Origin: an uncultured Pelagibacteraceae bacterium
GTDB lineage: Bacteria > Pseudomonadota > Alphaproteobacteria > Pelagibacterales > Pelagibacteraceae
Length of the DNA stretch: 64,000 nt
Reading direction: 5' to 3'
Assembly: GCA_902580505.1 (NCBI GenBank)
Contig: CACHLB010000003.1
Coordinates: forward strand, 8,980-72,979
Shown: one piece after another, positions 1-13,291 of the stretch
Position numbering within the stretch: position 1 is the stretch's first letter
Layout: the number at the start of each line of letters is the position of its first letter
Program-made: the position numbers and the translations under genes
The notes under the pieces: model-generated
The model's database searches: none
Seen by the model: the letters and a program-made list of their open reading frames with translations, nothing else
What the model was told of the DNA's origin: nothing

Positions 1-2
1 AT

Positions 3-425
3 ATAGATAATAAAATTGAAGAAAAAGAGAAAATGAAAATTGCAGAAATTTTCAAAAAAAAGGGAGAAAAATTCTTCCGTGAATGTGAAGAAGAAGTAAC
101 ATTATCATATCTACAAGGTGAGAAACAAATTTTATCACTAGGTGGAGGTGCATATATTAATACTAATATTAGGAAAGAATGTAAGAAGAGTTCTTTTAGT
201 TTTTGGTTGAATTGGAAAAAAGATATAATAATTAAAAGAATAAATGGTAGCAAAAAAAGACCCCTGGCTATGACATTAAGTGAAACAGATCTAGAGAGAC
301 TAATAAATGAAAGAGCTAAAATATATAGTTTGGCAGACTTCACTATTAATTGTGATCAGCTAAATAAAAATGAAATAGCAAATAAAATTATAAAAAAATA
401 TGAAATCAAAAATAATAAAGGTTAA
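3..425 (+). CDS. aroK: Shikimate kinase (5'-truncated by window edge)
   Basis: Frame is open from position 3 (IDNKIEEKEKMKIAEIF...GEKFFRECE); LGGGA, KRPL and ERAKIY motifs; overlaps aroB. Confidence 0.93.
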   Translation: MDNKIEEKEKMKIAEIFKKKGEKFFRECEEEVTLSYLQGEKQILSLGGGAYINTNIRKECKKSSFSFWLNWKKDIIIKRINGSKKRPLAMTLSETDLERLINERAKIYSLADFTINCDQLNKNEIANKIIKKYEIKNNKG

Positions 426-1515
426 AACTAAAAGTAAAAATTACGAAGTTCATGTTGGTACCAATCTAATACCAAAGTTAAAAAATATTTTAAAAAAAAA
501 TAAATTATTGTTCTCAAAATGTTTGATCGTAATTGACAATAAGATACCAAAAAAATTTAGTACATTACTTTTAAAAAATTTTAAAAATCAAAAAATTTAT
601 ACTTTAAATTTCAATGCAAATGAAAAAAATAAAAGTTACTTAAGTATCGATAAAATACATAATGTTTTATTTAAAAATAATTTTAATAGAGAGGACTGTG
701 TAATTTCATTTGGTGGAGGAATTACAGGAGATGTAGTTGGATATGCAGCCAGTACATATAAAAGAGGAATAAAATTTATTAATATACCCTCCACTTTATT
801 AGCTCAAGTCGACTCTTCAATAGGTGGCAAAACAGGTATTAATAATGAATTCGGAAAAAATCTTGTAGGAAGTTTTTATCAGCCAGATTTAGTAATTTCA
901 GATATTAATTTACTACATACCCTCCCCAAAAGAGAAATTATATGTGGATATGCTGAAATAGTAAAAAGTAGTTTAATTGATAGCAAAAAAAATTTTGTTT
1001 TTTTAGATAAAAATTTTAATAAGATTTTAAACCTAAAAGGAAATTTTATAATTAATGCAATTTTAAATAGTTGTTTATTAAAAAAAAGAATTATTGAAAA
1101 GGATGAAAAAGAAAAAAATTTAAGAAAATCTTTAAATCTCGGCCATACTTTTGCTCACGCATATGAGGCTACTCTTGGTTACTCAAAAAAATTAAATCAT
1201 GGAGAAGCTGTTATATTTGGTTTAATGAATGCTGTAAATTTTAGTAAAGAAAAAAAAATTATTTCAGTTTCAAATTCAGAATTAATAAATAATCATATTA
1301 AAAAAATAGAAATTAAAAATAAGTATAAAGATCTTTTTAATAAAAGGAAAATTACATCAATTCTAAATTTTATGAAAAGTGATAAAAAAAATAAATCAGA
1401 TAGTATAAACTTAATATTAATAAGGAATTTTGGAAAATTAAACCTAAATTATCAGGCCAAATCTGCTGAATTGAACAAGTTTTTATTAAAAGAATTAAAT
1501 AAAGCTTATTTGTAA
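400..1515 (+). CDS. aroB: 3-dehydroquinate synthase
   Basis: GGGITGDVVG, PSTLLAQVDSSIGGKTGIN, LNLGHTFAHAYE, HGEAV motifs. Confidence 0.97.
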   Translation: MKSKIIKVKTKSKNYEVHVGTNLIPKLKNILKKNKLLFSKCLIVIDNKIPKKFSTLLLKNFKNQKIYTLNFNANEKNKSYLSIDKIHNVLFKNNFNREDCVISFGGGITGDVVGYAASTYKRGIKFINIPSTLLAQVDSSIGGKTGINNEFGKNLVGSFYQPDLVISDINLLHTLPKREIICGYAEIVKSSLIDSKKNFVFLDKNFNKILNLKGNFIINAILNSCLLKKRIIEKDEKEKNLRKSLNLGHTFAHAYEATLGYSKKLNHGEAVIFGLMNAVNFSKEKKIISVSNSELINNHIKKIEIKNKYKDLFNKRKITSILNFMKSDKKNKSDSINLILIRNFGKLNLNYQAKSAELNKFLLKELNKAYL

Positions 1516-1755
1516 AGAATGAATATCAGTTTTCAATTCTTCGCTTAAAATTTCATAAATTACTTTATTAGACTGAATTCTATTCGTTTTTTTTAATATG
1601 TCAGAATTTATTTCTAATTTAATATGAAATTTGCCTTTCTGGTGTGAATTGTGTTTTAGATGCTTATAAGTGTTGTCAATTATCTTTACGCATCTTATAG
1701 AAGTTTCTTTCAAAAGTTTATTTTCAATTTTTTTTGAAAGTTGATTAATATTCAT
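1495..1755 (-). CDS. bolA: BolA family protein
   Basis: DNTYKHLKH...HIKL...RIQSNKVIYEIL...IHSLQI pattern; start moved to the ATG at 1755 (MNINQ) to avoid overlapping the divergent gene. Confidence 0.85.
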   Translation of the reverse strand: MNINQLSKKIENKLLKETSIRCVKIIDNTYKHLKHNSHQKGKFHIKLEINSDILKKTNRIQSNKVIYEILSEELKTDIHSLQISFI

Positions 1756-1775
1756 TAAAATTGATATTATATAAT

Positions 1776-2309
1776 ATGAAAAATATTTGTGAATGGAATA
1801 ATTGTAATGAAGAGGGACTTTACAAAGCTCCAAAAGAAAAGGATAACAGCAAAGAATATAGGCTTTTCTGTCTTGAGCATGTAAGAGAGTTTAATAAAAC
1901 CTGGAATTATTTTTCAGGTATGAGTGACGAACAAGTAATCAACTTTTTAAAATCTGACATGACATGGCATAAGCCAACACAGAGTTTTAGTTCTTCAGAC
2001 AATTTTTTCAAAATATTGTGGAATAATACTTTAAAAGATGAAAATGGTAAATTTAAAGATTTTAGTAGCTTGAATCATATGAATAAGTTTAAGTTTAATA
2101 GTAATGATCTTAAAGCCTTTGAAATTTTGGGTGTTGGAGTTGGTTTAAAATGGACCAAAATACAAGAAAAATTCAAAAGACTTGTGAAAAAATTTCACCC
2201 TGATATGAATGCTGGCAATAAAAAATTTGAAGATAAGCTTAAGGTAATAACTTTAGCTTATACCCAATTAAAAAATACTTATAAGGAAAAAATTGACAAC
2301 AAATATTGA
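1776..2309 (+). CDS. J-domain (DnaJ-class) co-chaperone with C-terminal J domain
   Basis: N-terminal CEWNNC...[16 protein letters not shown] and C-terminal KKFHPDMN (HPD motif); usual bolA/cobS neighbour in Alphaproteobacteria. Confidence 0.9.
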   Translation: MKNICEWNNCNEEGLYKAPKEKDNSKEYRLFCLEHVREFNKTWNYFSGMSDEQVINFLKSDMTWHKPTQSFSSSDNFFKILWNNTLKDENGKFKDFSSLNHMNKFKFNSNDLKAFEILGVGVGLKWTKIQEKFKRLVKKFHPDMNAGNKKFEDKLKVITLAYTQLKNTYKEKIDNKY

Positions 2310-3267
2310 ACAGACCCCAGATATTAAATTATCGATTAAACAAACATTCGGTATTGATTCTGATATGGAAGTGGACGCATTTTCAAAAAAAACTGATTAT
2401 GTGCCAGATATAGATAAAACTTATAAATTTGATAAAGACACAACTTTAGCAATTCTCTCTGGATTTTCATTTAATAAAAGAGTTCTTGTGCAAGGTTATC
2501 ATGGAACAGGTAAATCCACACATATAGAACAAATTGCAGCTAGATTAAACTGGCCGTGTATTAGAATTAACTTAGATAGTCATGTTAGTAGAATAGATTT
2601 AATTGGTAAAGACTCAATTGTAATCAAAGATGGAAAACAAGTTACAGAATTCAAGGAGGGAATTCTTCCTTGGTCGATACAAAATCCAGTTGCTTTAGTA
2701 TTTGATGAATATGATGCCGGTAGACCAGATGTTATGTTTGTAATTCAAAGAGTTTTGGAAGCTGAAGGAAATTTTACTTTATTAGATAAGAATAAGGTCA
2801 TTAAACAAAATAAATATTTCAGATTATTTGCAACTTCAAATACTGTAGGTTTAGGAGATACGACTGGACTCTATCACGGAACACAACAAATAAATCAGGG
2901 ACAAATGGATAGATGGAACATTGTAACAACTTTAAATTATTTAGCTTTGGAAAAAGAAATGGAAATTATTTTAGGGAAAAATAAATCTTTAGATAATAAT
3001 AAGGGTAAAGAGAAAGTTGCAAACATGATAAAAGTTGCGACACTAACAAGAAAAGGATTTATGGCTGGAGATATTTCAACGGTTATGAGCCCTAGAACAG
3101 TACTACATTGGGCAGAAAATTCTGAAATATTTAAAGATGTGGGCTATGCGTTCAGAGTAACTTTTTTAAATAAATGTGATGATGTAGAAAAGAATACAAT
3201 CGCAGAATACTATCAAAGATGTTTTGGCGAGGAATTGCCAGAGTCGATGATAAATATTCAGGTTTAA
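2293..3267 (+). CDS. cobS: CobS-family (MoxR-like) AAA+ ATPase
   Basis: Walker A GYHGTGKS, Walker [31 protein letters not shown]; TTG start. Confidence 0.93.
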   Translation: MTTNIEQTPDIKLSIKQTFGIDSDMEVDAFSKKTDYVPDIDKTYKFDKDTTLAILSGFSFNKRVLVQGYHGTGKSTHIEQIAARLNWPCIRINLDSHVSRIDLIGKDSIVIKDGKQVTEFKEGILPWSIQNPVALVFDEYDAGRPDVMFVIQRVLEAEGNFTLLDKNKVIKQNKYFRLFATSNTVGLGDTTGLYHGTQQINQGQMDRWNIVTTLNYLALEKEMEIILGKNKSLDNNKGKEKVANMIKVATLTRKGFMAGDISTVMSPRTVLHWAENSEIFKDVGYAFRVTFLNKCDDVEKNTIAEYYQRCFGEELPESMINIQV

Positions 3268-5057
3268 TGAACAAAGATGATCTTATAAAAGAGCAATTTA
3301 AACAAGCTTTAAACTCAACGATTAAAGCCATTTCAGGTGAAACATATCCATTAAAAGACAAAAAAAATTTAAAAGAATTTAATATTTCTAAATTTGATAA
3401 TTTAAAAGATAAGGAAAACTTTATTAAACTAAGAGCTGAAGCAGATTCGGAGGCATTAAAAAGAAAATTTTGTGATAATTCTACTTTGGAACAAAATATT
3501 CCAAAAACGCCTACTTGCCATACACTTTATAAAATTTCTGAAAAAATAAGATATGAACTTTTGGGGTCACAAATGATGAAGGGAATTTCTAAAAATTTAA
3601 TGACCAAATATACCAATAAGATCAGTATGGCAAAATCTGAAAATATAAAAAAGAAAGAGGAATCTAATGTTTCTGAAGCTTTTGAATATTACATGCTTAA
3701 TAAACTAATGAACGTAAGTTTATCCGAAAGTGCTAAAAAAATTTTATCATACTGGAAAGATGATTTTGAAAAATCTTTAGATAAACACATAGACTTTTTA
3801 AAAGAAAATGCAGAGAATCAAGACATATACAATTCCAAAATATCAGAAATCCTGCAGAAAATGGAAATCTTTGAGTCCGAAGAAGAAAATAAAAGGGAAG
3901 AGCAGAAAGAAGATGAGCAAGATAATAACAATTCAAAAGATGATCAAAAAACAGATAGTGGAGAATCTCAAGAAAGAGAAGAGGAAGACAGTATCAATGA
4001 AGGTGTTGATAGTTCTGACGAAATGAATGAATTTAGACTTGATGAACAACTTGGAAATGATGATGCTGAAAATAATGAAATAGAAAATATCGTTCAGAAA
4101 AAAAATTTAGGAATAAGTAATAAAGAATATAAAATATATACTTCAGAATTTGATGAAACTGCAAAGGCAGAAACATTAGAAAACTCTGACGAAATTTCTA
4201 AACTAAGAAAAAATTTAGATCAACAATTAATTAGTTTCCAAGATATAATTACGAAACTTGCAAATAAATTACAAAGGCAGTTACTTGCAAAACAAAATAG
4301 ATCTTGGGAGTTTGATCTTGAAGAAGGATTGTTAGATAGTTCAAAATTACCAAGAATAATAATTGATCCATATAATTCTCTTTCTTTTAAAAAAGAGAAA
4401 GATTTAGAGTTTAAAGATACAGTCGTGACTTTACTCATAGATAATTCTGGATCCATGAGAGGTAGGCCAATTACTATTGCTGCTCTTTGTGCCGATATTT
4501 TATCTAGAACACTAGAAAGATGTTCGGTTAAAGTTGAAATTCTTGGTTTTACAACAAAAAATTGGAAGGGTGGCAAGAGTAGAGAAAAGTGGAATAAACT
4601 TGGAAAATTAAAAAACCCAGGACGTTTAAATGATTTAAGACATATAATTTATAAATCTGCTGATACTCATTGGAGACAATCGAAAAAAAATTTAGGCTTA
4701 ATGCTAAAAGAGGGTTTGCTTAAAGAAAACATTGATGGTGAAGCTATTACCTGGGCATTCAATAGACTTAAAAAAAGAAAAGAAGAAAGAAAAATTCTTA
4801 TGGTTATTTCGGATGGAGCTCCGGTTGATGACTCTACATTATCTGTAAACTCGGGTGATTTTTTAGAAAAACATCTAAAGCAAACTGTAAAATCAATAGA
4901 AAACAAAAGTGATATCGAAATTCTTGCTATAGGCATAGGCCACGATGTTTCGAGATATTACAAAAAAGCGATAAAGATTGCTGATGTTCAAGAGTTAGGT
5001 GATGTAATGGTTGGTCAGCTTAGTGGTTTGTTTGAAAATAATAAAAAATTAAACTAA
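3267..5057 (+). CDS. cobT: CobT-family vWA protein
   Basis: Acidic linker, [47 protein letters not shown]; ATG at 3267 overlaps the cobS stop (TAATG). Confidence 0.92.
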   Translation: MNKDDLIKEQFKQALNSTIKAISGETYPLKDKKNLKEFNISKFDNLKDKENFIKLRAEADSEALKRKFCDNSTLEQNIPKTPTCHTLYKISEKIRYELLGSQMMKGISKNLMTKYTNKISMAKSENIKKKEESNVSEAFEYYMLNKLMNVSLSESAKKILSYWKDDFEKSLDKHIDFLKENAENQDIYNSKISEILQKMEIFESEEENKREEQKEDEQDNNNSKDDQKTDSGESQEREEEDSINEGVDSSDEMNEFRLDEQLGNDDAENNEIENIVQKKNLGISNKEYKIYTSEFDETAKAETLENSDEISKLRKNLDQQLISFQDIITKLANKLQRQLLAKQNRSWEFDLEEGLLDSSKLPRIIIDPYNSLSFKKEKDLEFKDTVVTLLIDNSGSMRGRPITIAALCADILSRTLERCSVKVEILGFTTKNWKGGKSREKWNKLGKLKNPGRLNDLRHIIYKSADTHWRQSKKNLGLMLKEGLLKENIDGEAITWAFNRLKKRKEERKILMVISDGAPVDDSTLSVNSGDFLEKHLKQTVKSIENKSDIEILAIGIGHDVSRYYKKAIKIADVQELGDVMVGQLSGLFENNKKLN

Positions 5058-6329
5058 TTTTTTTAAATTTTTATTCTCCCACTCTATTTTTACTTCAGCC
5101 CCACCTCTAGTTTCTGAATTTCTAATTGTTATTTTGGCAGAATTTTTTTCTAACAATGTTTTGCCTATAAAAATTCCTAAACCTAGTCCAGTTTTCTTAT
5201 TATCTTTAGGTTTAAGTGTCTTAATATAAGGTTCTCCAATCTTATTAATTATATCTTTTGGTATACCAGGCCCATCGTCCTCTATCGTTACTTCAGTCTT
5301 TTGACTATCACTTTTGATAGCAATATAGATATTTTCATTTGAAAATTTGTTAGCATTTCCAATAAAATTCCTCAAACCATAAACAATTTCAACAGATTTT
5401 AATATTTCAAATGAGTTAGAATCCTGCTCTTTATCAATATTGAAATTCTTATTAGAAATTTCCTTAAATGAGTTAACTATCTCACTAATATAATCGTAAA
5501 GCGTTTTATTTTTGTCAATAAAATCGTCTTCTATAGTAGGATTTAATGTTAATTTTTTCAAAATATCATTACACCTATTAACCTGACTAATTAATAGTTC
5601 GAGATCTTTTTTTACATCATTATTATCTTTAAACTGATCAAATAAATCGTGAGAAATAATTTTAATTGTAGACAAAGGAGTACCAAATGAATGGGCTGCT
5701 GCTGCAGCCTGTCCCCCTAGTGAAACAAGTTCGTGTTCTTTGGAAATTACTTCTTGGACTTTATCTAAAGCATCTTTCCTAAGATTTGTTTCTTGTCCAA
5801 AAATAAATGCAAAATAATTTAAAAAAAATAATGCAATTATCAATGCAAGAGGAATTGCATAGTAATAATAAAGACTAATACTATATTCATCCAATGGTTT
5901 TGGTAATTCATAATGATAAAAAGTTAAAATTATAATCGATACTAGAGTAATTAAAATTAAAGCAATATTTGTTTTAATATTTAAATTGGATGCAGCAAAT
6001 ATGCTTGGTATCAAAAGAAATATTGAAAATGGATTTAAAATACCCCCAGATAAATAAAGTAAAGCACTCAATTGAAGAATGTCTAAAGATAAAAAATTAA
6101 AAGAAGTTACGTTTGAAAGTATCGGTTTTTTATAAAAAAACATTAAGTAAAAGTTACTTAAAGCTCCAACAAAAATTATAAGATTAGATATAATAAAATT
6201 GAACTCAAAACCAAAAATAAATTTTACTGTGTTTATGGTTATAAATTGACCTAAAATACCAATCCATCTTAAATTGATATAAGTAGACTTATTTAATGAT
6301 GCTGTTTTGACAGATTGTTTTAAATCCAT
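5049..6329 (-). CDS. regB: RegB/PrrB/ActS-family redox-sensing histidine kinase
   Basis: LRW start motif, multiple TM segments, GGILNPF quinone motif, AAAAH-x-x-GTPL H-box, RC motif, DDGPG and GLGLG boxes. Confidence 0.9.
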   Translation of the reverse strand: MDLKQSVKTASLNKSTYINLRWIGILGQFITINTVKFIFGFEFNFIISNLIIFVGALSNFYLMFFYKKPILSNVTSFNFLSLDILQLSALLYLSGGILNPFSIFLLIPSIFAASNLNIKTNIALILITLVSIIILTFYHYELPKPLDEYSISLYYYYAIPLALIIALFFLNYFAFIFGQETNLRKDALDKVQEVISKEHELVSLGGQAAAAAHSFGTPLSTIKIISHDLFDQFKDNNDVKKDLELLISQVNRCNDILKKLTLNPTIEDDFIDKNKTLYDYISEIVNSFKEISNKNFNIDKEQDSNSFEILKSVEIVYGLRNFIGNANKFSNENIYIAIKSDSQKTEVTIEDDGPGIPKDIINKIGEPYIKTLKPKDNKKTGLGLGIFIGKTLLEKNSAKITIRNSETRGGAEVKIEWENKNLKKLV

Positions 6330-8387
<2,058 letters not shown>

Positions 8388-8557
8388 TTAATTTTTTTCC
8401 GGAAAAAAATTTTATAACATTTTTAGAAAAAATTTAAAAATCGTATATATTCGAAAGGCTAAATTAATGTTGATTGCCAACGATTATTTATTGATTTTTT
8501 GAATTTTTTTCTATTTTTAAAAAAAATGTAAAATTACGTACTTTTTAAACATAAATA

Positions 8558-8647
8558 TGGCGGAGAGAATGGGATTCGAACCCATGATAGAGTTTCCCCT
8601 ATACACGCTTTCCAAGCGTGCGCCTTCAACCACTCGGCCACCTCTCC
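8558..8647 (-). tRNA. tRNA-Ser (GGA)
   Basis: GGAGAGG...CTCTCCGCCA acceptor stem, anticodon arm CACGC-TTGGAAA-GCGTG, long variable arm, GTTCGAATC T-loop, encoded CCA. Confidence 0.97.
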
Positions 8648-8696
8648 TTTAAAATCTTTATAATAATTAAATATATTTTAGTATATATAAAAATAT

Positions 8697-9557
8697 ATGA
8701 TTAAAAATTTTAGCGTTGTTATAGTTACATTTCATAGTGAAAAAATTATTGAAGAAACAATCAAAAATTTTTTAGATCAAGAGATTATAATAGTAGATTG
8801 CTCAAATAATAAAGAGTTACAAGAATTATTTGCAGTAAAATATCCAACTATAAAATATATTTTAAGTGAAACAAATCTTGGTTACGGTGCAGGTAACAAT
8901 TTAGGTATAAGAAGTGCAACAAATAATAACATATTAATACTAAATCCTGATGCTTTAATGAATAACGAAAGCAAAAATCAGCTTTTAAATTATATAAATG
9001 AAATTAAATATTATGGCATATTATGTCCTAATATGTCGAATGAAGAAGGAAGGGAATTTTCAAAAAAAATTAATTATGAACCTGCTACAGTTGATTGGGA
9101 ATTGGGTAAACATTTCCTTGTTGGAGGCTGTGCTTTATTGTTAAATAAAGAAGTTTTAAAAAATGATATTTATTTTGATGAAACAATATGGATGTATAAA
9201 GAAGATACAGATTTATTAAAAAGGGTTTACGATAAAAACATTCCAATTTATTTTTTACCAAAATGTTCAATTAATCACTTAGGTTCAAAATCTCATAATA
9301 TAAAGTTCAATGAAGAATTAAATATCTCAAGGCAATTTCATTGGCCGTACGGCAATGTTTATTTTTATAAAAAACACTTTGGATTTTTTAAGGCTTTTAA
9401 TATGTGGGGTTTTAAGATGATAAAAGGCTTTTTTAAGACAATATTTTATTTATTTATTTTTAATAAAAAATATAAAAAATATCAGGCTAGATTTTTGGGA
9501 ACGTTATCTGCATTTTTAGGAATAAAACCTTGGTACAGACCAAAAATAAAAAAATAA
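8697..9557 (+). CDS. GT2 family glycosyltransferase (WbbL/rhamnosyltransferase-like)
   Basis: SVVIVTF, IIVD, NLGYGAGNNLG, LNPDA, MYKEDTDL motifs. Confidence 0.88.
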   Translation: MIKNFSVVIVTFHSEKIIEETIKNFLDQEIIIVDCSNNKELQELFAVKYPTIKYILSETNLGYGAGNNLGIRSATNNNILILNPDALMNNESKNQLLNYINEIKYYGILCPNMSNEEGREFSKKINYEPATVDWELGKHFLVGGCALLLNKEVLKNDIYFDETIWMYKEDTDLLKRVYDKNIPIYFLPKCSINHLGSKSHNIKFNEELNISRQFHWPYGNVYFYKKHFGFFKAFNMWGFKMIKGFFKTIFYLFIFNKKYKKYQARFLGTLSAFLGIKPWYRPKIKK

Positions 9558-10343
9558 TTAAGTTTGAGTGTAAAAACATAGAGATGTTTTTTCAACATGA
9601 TATATTTTTTTTTTAATTGAAAGTTCATCAATTAATTTTACTACATCCTTGCAAGATTTTTTTGATGGTACGTAATCGTGCCACAAAATTATACCTCCTT
9701 TTTTTATCATTTCGAAAGCTTTTAAACTATCATTTTTCACAATACTATAAGTATGTCCACCGTCTATAAAAATTAGATCAAATTTGTTTTTGTATGAAAG
9801 AGTATCTAAGTTTCTTGAATCTAAAAATTTAACATCAATTTTTTTTTCAAATACTTTTCCTGAAAACAAGAATTTTTCATACTGACTTTCGTTAATAATA
9901 TTTCTAAATGATGTAGTGTTATCTTTTTCATGAATTTCTAAGTTTTTTGCTTGATTTAGATCTATTGTTAATGTGATAATTTTTGCATCATCTGGAGAAT
10001 TCATTGCCATTAGCGAAGTTGTTTTTCCACTGCAAGTTCCAAACTCAAAAATATTTTTAGATTTTTTGCTAAGACTGGCAATAATCCAGGCTTCATAATC
10101 AGATGTTTTGCCAATAACATCTTGATTACCCATGTTAGTACAAAAGCTTTTAATAATTACGTCATCTTTAGGCCCGTATAAATTATTAGAAATCAAGTAA
10201 CTTTCAAAAATTGAATCTAATTTATCTAGATTTACAGATTTAACTCTTTGTTTGATTAAATATTTTTTAATTTTTTTTCTATTTAACAAATAAAATGTAA
10301 AAAGATTAGTAAAGACTAGGATTATTATAATTAAAAATACCAC
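9558..10343 (-). CDS. Class I SAM-dependent methyltransferase (Methyltransf_24-like) with N-terminal membrane anchor
   Basis: IFEFGTCSG motif I, FDLIFIDGGHTY, GGIILWHDY; hydrophobic N-terminus; GTG start. Confidence 0.85.
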   Translation of the reverse strand: MVFLIIIILVFTNLFTFYLLNRKKIKKYLIKQRVKSVNLDKLDSIFESYLISNNLYGPKDDVIIKSFCTNMGNQDVIGKTSDYEAWIIASLSKKSKNIFEFGTCSGKTTSLMAMNSPDDAKIITLTIDLNQAKNLEIHEKDNTTSFRNIINESQYEKFLFSGKVFEKKIDVKFLDSRNLDTLSYKNKFDLIFIDGGHTYSIVKNDSLKAFEMIKKGGIILWHDYVPSKKSCKDVVKLIDELSIKKKIYHVEKTSLCFYTQT

Positions 10344-10413
10344 TTTAATATTTTTTTAAACGATTTAATAATATATATATATACTAAAGCATACTATACA
10401 TTAATTTCAATTT

Positions 10414-11472
10414 ATGACTAAAAAAAGAGTTTTAATTACGGGCGGAGCTGGTTTTATAGCTCATCATACAATTCATCATATAATAAAAAATACTGACTGG
10501 GAAATTGTATCTATTGATAGATTAGATTTTTCTGGGAATTTAAATAGATTATCAGATTTAATGAGTGATCTTAAGCCAAGTGAAAAAAAGAGAGTTAAAA
10601 TTGTATATCACGATCTTAAAGCTGAGATAAATTCAATGTTAGCAGCAGATTTAGGTGAATTTAATTTTGTATTACATATGGCTGCCTCAAGTCATGTTGA
10701 TAGATCAATTTCAGATCCACTTTCTTTCGTATTTGATAACGTTGTAGCTACTTGTAATATTTTAAATTTTTCAAGAACATTGAAAAAATTAGAATTATTT
10801 GTCTACTTTAGTACAGATGAAGTATTTGGACCCGCACCAAAAAGTGTCAATTATAAGGAAAGAGATAGATATAATTCTACTAATCCTTATAGTGCCACAA
10901 AAGCTGGTGGAGAAGAATTGGCTGTAGCATTTGAAAATACTTATAATATGCCAATTTTTATAACACATACAATGAACGTATTTGGAGAAAGACAACATCC
11001 AGAGAAATTTATACCCAAGTGTATAATTTTTGCCAGAGATGGTAAAAAAATTGATATACATAGTAATAAGAAAAAAACAAAAGCAGGCATGAGGCATTAT
11101 ATTCATGCAATTGATGTTGCAGATGCTTGTCTATTTTTAATCAATAACAATAAAGCAATAAAAAAAAAAATAAAATCTGACTATGGTGGAGCTAAATGTC
11201 CAAAATTTAATTTGGTTGGACCAGTTGAATTAGATAACCTAAAACTAGCTAAGATGATAGCAAAGTCAGTTGGTAAAAGATTAAATTATCGAATGGTAGA
11301 TTTTCATAGCAGTAGGCCCGGTCATGATTTAAGATATTCATTGAATGGAAACCTAATGAAGAAATTAGGATGGAAACCTGAAGTATCAATAGAAAAAAGA
11401 TTAGATCAGGTAGTTAAGTGGACATTAAATAATAAAAGGTGGCTTAAAAATAAGAATTTAAAAAAGTTATAA
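10414..11472 (+). CDS. NDP-glucose 4,6-dehydratase (RmlB-like extended SDR)
   Basis: VLITGGAGFIA, HMAASSHVDRSI, STDEVFG, YSATK, HPEKFIP, RPGHDLRY. Confidence 0.9.
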   Translation: MTKKRVLITGGAGFIAHHTIHHIIKNTDWEIVSIDRLDFSGNLNRLSDLMSDLKPSEKKRVKIVYHDLKAEINSMLAADLGEFNFVLHMAASSHVDRSISDPLSFVFDNVVATCNILNFSRTLKKLELFVYFSTDEVFGPAPKSVNYKERDRYNSTNPYSATKAGGEELAVAFENTYNMPIFITHTMNVFGERQHPEKFIPKCIIFARDGKKIDIHSNKKKTKAGMRHYIHAIDVADACLFLINNNKAIKKKIKSDYGGAKCPKFNLVGPVELDNLKLAKMIAKSVGKRLNYRMVDFHSSRPGHDLRYSLNGNLMKKLGWKPEVSIEKRLDQVVKWTLNNKRWLKNKNLKKL

Positions 11473-11477
11473 TTAAT

Positions 11478-13289
11478 TTATTTTTGATTATCTATTTTTA
11501 ATATTCCGATAAAAGCTTCTTGTGGTATCTCAACTTTCCCAAATTGTTTAGCTCGAGCTTTACCTTTTTTTTGTTTCTCAACTAATTTTCTTTTTCTATC
11601 TACTGCACCACCACCATGAATTTTTGTTAAAACATCTTTCTTAAATCCCTTTATTGTTTCTCTAGCAATAATTTTTCCACCTATAGCTGCTTGAATTGGT
11701 ATCATGAAATTATGCCTTGGAATTAGATCTTTTAATTTTTCACAAACTTCTCTTCCCATTGTTTGAGCAAAATCTTTATGTATCATCATAGCTAGTGCAT
11801 CAACAGGCTCTGAGTTTACTAGAATATTCATTTTAACCAAATCTCCAATCTTGTGATCAATAATTTCGTAATCAAAACTTGCATAACCACTTGTCATAGA
11901 TTTAAGACGATCATTAAAGTCAAATACAACTTCATTTAATGGTATTTCGTAATTAATTACAGCACGATTTCCTGAGTAACTTAAGTTTGTTTGAATACCT
12001 CTCTTATTTTGACAAAGTTTAATAATTGAACCTAAATATTGATCAGGAGTTATAATTGTTGCTTTTATCCAAGGTTCTTCAATAAAATTAATGTAATTAG
12101 GATCTGGGAGATTTGATGGATTCTGAAGCTCAATAATTTTTTTGTTATTTAAATGAACTTTATAAACTACTCCTGGAGTAGTTGTTAATAAATTAATATC
12201 AAATTCTCTTTCAAGTCTTTCTGTAACTATTTCAAGATGAAGTAGACCTAAAAATCCACATCTAAAACCTAGGCCAAGAGCAGATGAAGACTCAGCTTCA
12301 TATGAGAAACTAGAATCATTTAATTGTAACTTTGCTAGTCCATCTTTTAATTTTTGGTATTCAGAACTATCAACTGGAAATAAGCCGCAAAATACAACAG
12401 GTTTACTTGGTTTAAAACCAGGCAAAGCTTCTAGTAAAGGATTATTTGAGTCACAAATTGTATCTCCAACTTTGGTTTCTGACAAAACTTTAATCCCAGT
12501 AGTTATAAAGCCTATCTCTCCTGCGTTAAGCTCATTTACATCTTTAGTTTTTGGTGTAAAAACTCCAACTTTTTCAACAATATAGTCTTGATTTGATGAC
12601 ATCATTTTAATTTTCATACTTTTCGAGAGTTTTCCATCAATCACTCTTACCAAAATAACCACTCCAAGGTAAGTGTCATACCAACTATCAACTAGTAAAC
12701 ACTTTAATTTTTTTTTTTTTTCTCCTTTAGGAGATGGTAATATATGAATAATTTTTTCTAAGATATCTTCAATTCCTTGACCAGTTTTGCCTGAACAGGG
12801 AACAGAATTAGTTGTATCTATACCAATAACATCTTCAATTTGATTATTTGTTCTTTCCAGATCAGATGCTGGTAGATCAATTTTATTTAAAACTGGAATA
12901 ATCTCATGATTTATATCAAGTGCTTGATATACATTTGCAAGTGTTTGGGCTTCTACGCCTTGTGTACTATCTACAATTAATATTGAGCCCTCGCACGCAT
13001 AAAGGCTTCTACTAACTTCATAACTAAAATCTACATGGCCTGGGGTATCTATAATATTTAAAATATAATTTTTACCATTTTTAGCTTTATAATTTAATTT
13101 AACTGTTTGTGCTTTAATTGTTATCCCTCTCTCTCTTTCTATATCCATAGAGTCAAGCACTTGAGATTTCATTTCTCTATCACTCAAACCTCCACACTTA
13201 TGAATTATTCTGTCCGCTATAGTTGATTTACCATGATCTATATGAGCTATAATTGCAAAATTCCTAATGTTATCTATTGTATCACCCAT
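11478..13289 (-). CDS. lepA: Elongation factor 4 (LepA)
   Basis: [50 protein letters not shown]. Confidence 0.98.
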   Translation of the reverse strand: MGDTIDNIRNFAIIAHIDHGKSTIADRIIHKCGGLSDREMKSQVLDSMDIERERGITIKAQTVKLNYKAKNGKNYILNIIDTPGHVDFSYEVSRSLYACEGSILIVDSTQGVEAQTLANVYQALDINHEIIPVLNKIDLPASDLERTNNQIEDVIGIDTTNSVPCSGKTGQGIEDILEKIIHILPSPKGEKKKKLKCLLVDSWYDTYLGVVILVRVIDGKLSKSMKIKMMSSNQDYIVEKVGVFTPKTKDVNELNAGEIGFITTGIKVLSETKVGDTICDSNNPLLEALPGFKPSKPVVFCGLFPVDSSEYQKLKDGLAKLQLNDSSFSYEAESSSALGLGFRCGFLGLLHLEIVTERLEREFDINLLTTTPGVVYKVHLNNKKIIELQNPSNLPDPNYINFIEEPWIKATIITPDQYLGSIIKLCQNKRGIQTNLSYSGNRAVINYEIPLNEVVFDFNDRLKSMTSGYASFDYEIIDHKIGDLVKMNILVNSEPVDALAMMIHKDFAQTMGREVCEKLKDLIPRHNFMIPIQAAIGGKIIARETIKGFKKDVLTKIHGGGAVDRKRKLVEKQKKGKARAKQFGKVEIPQEAFIGILKIDNQK

Positions 13290-13291
13290 TT

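Noticed and set aside
3870-4090. Acidic low-complexity tract in cobT
   Set aside because: Normal feature of CobT-family linkers
8558-8647. tRNAs (also 35170 and 48706) as prophage or island attachment sites
   Set aside because: No integrase and no duplicated tRNA 3' end seen in the window
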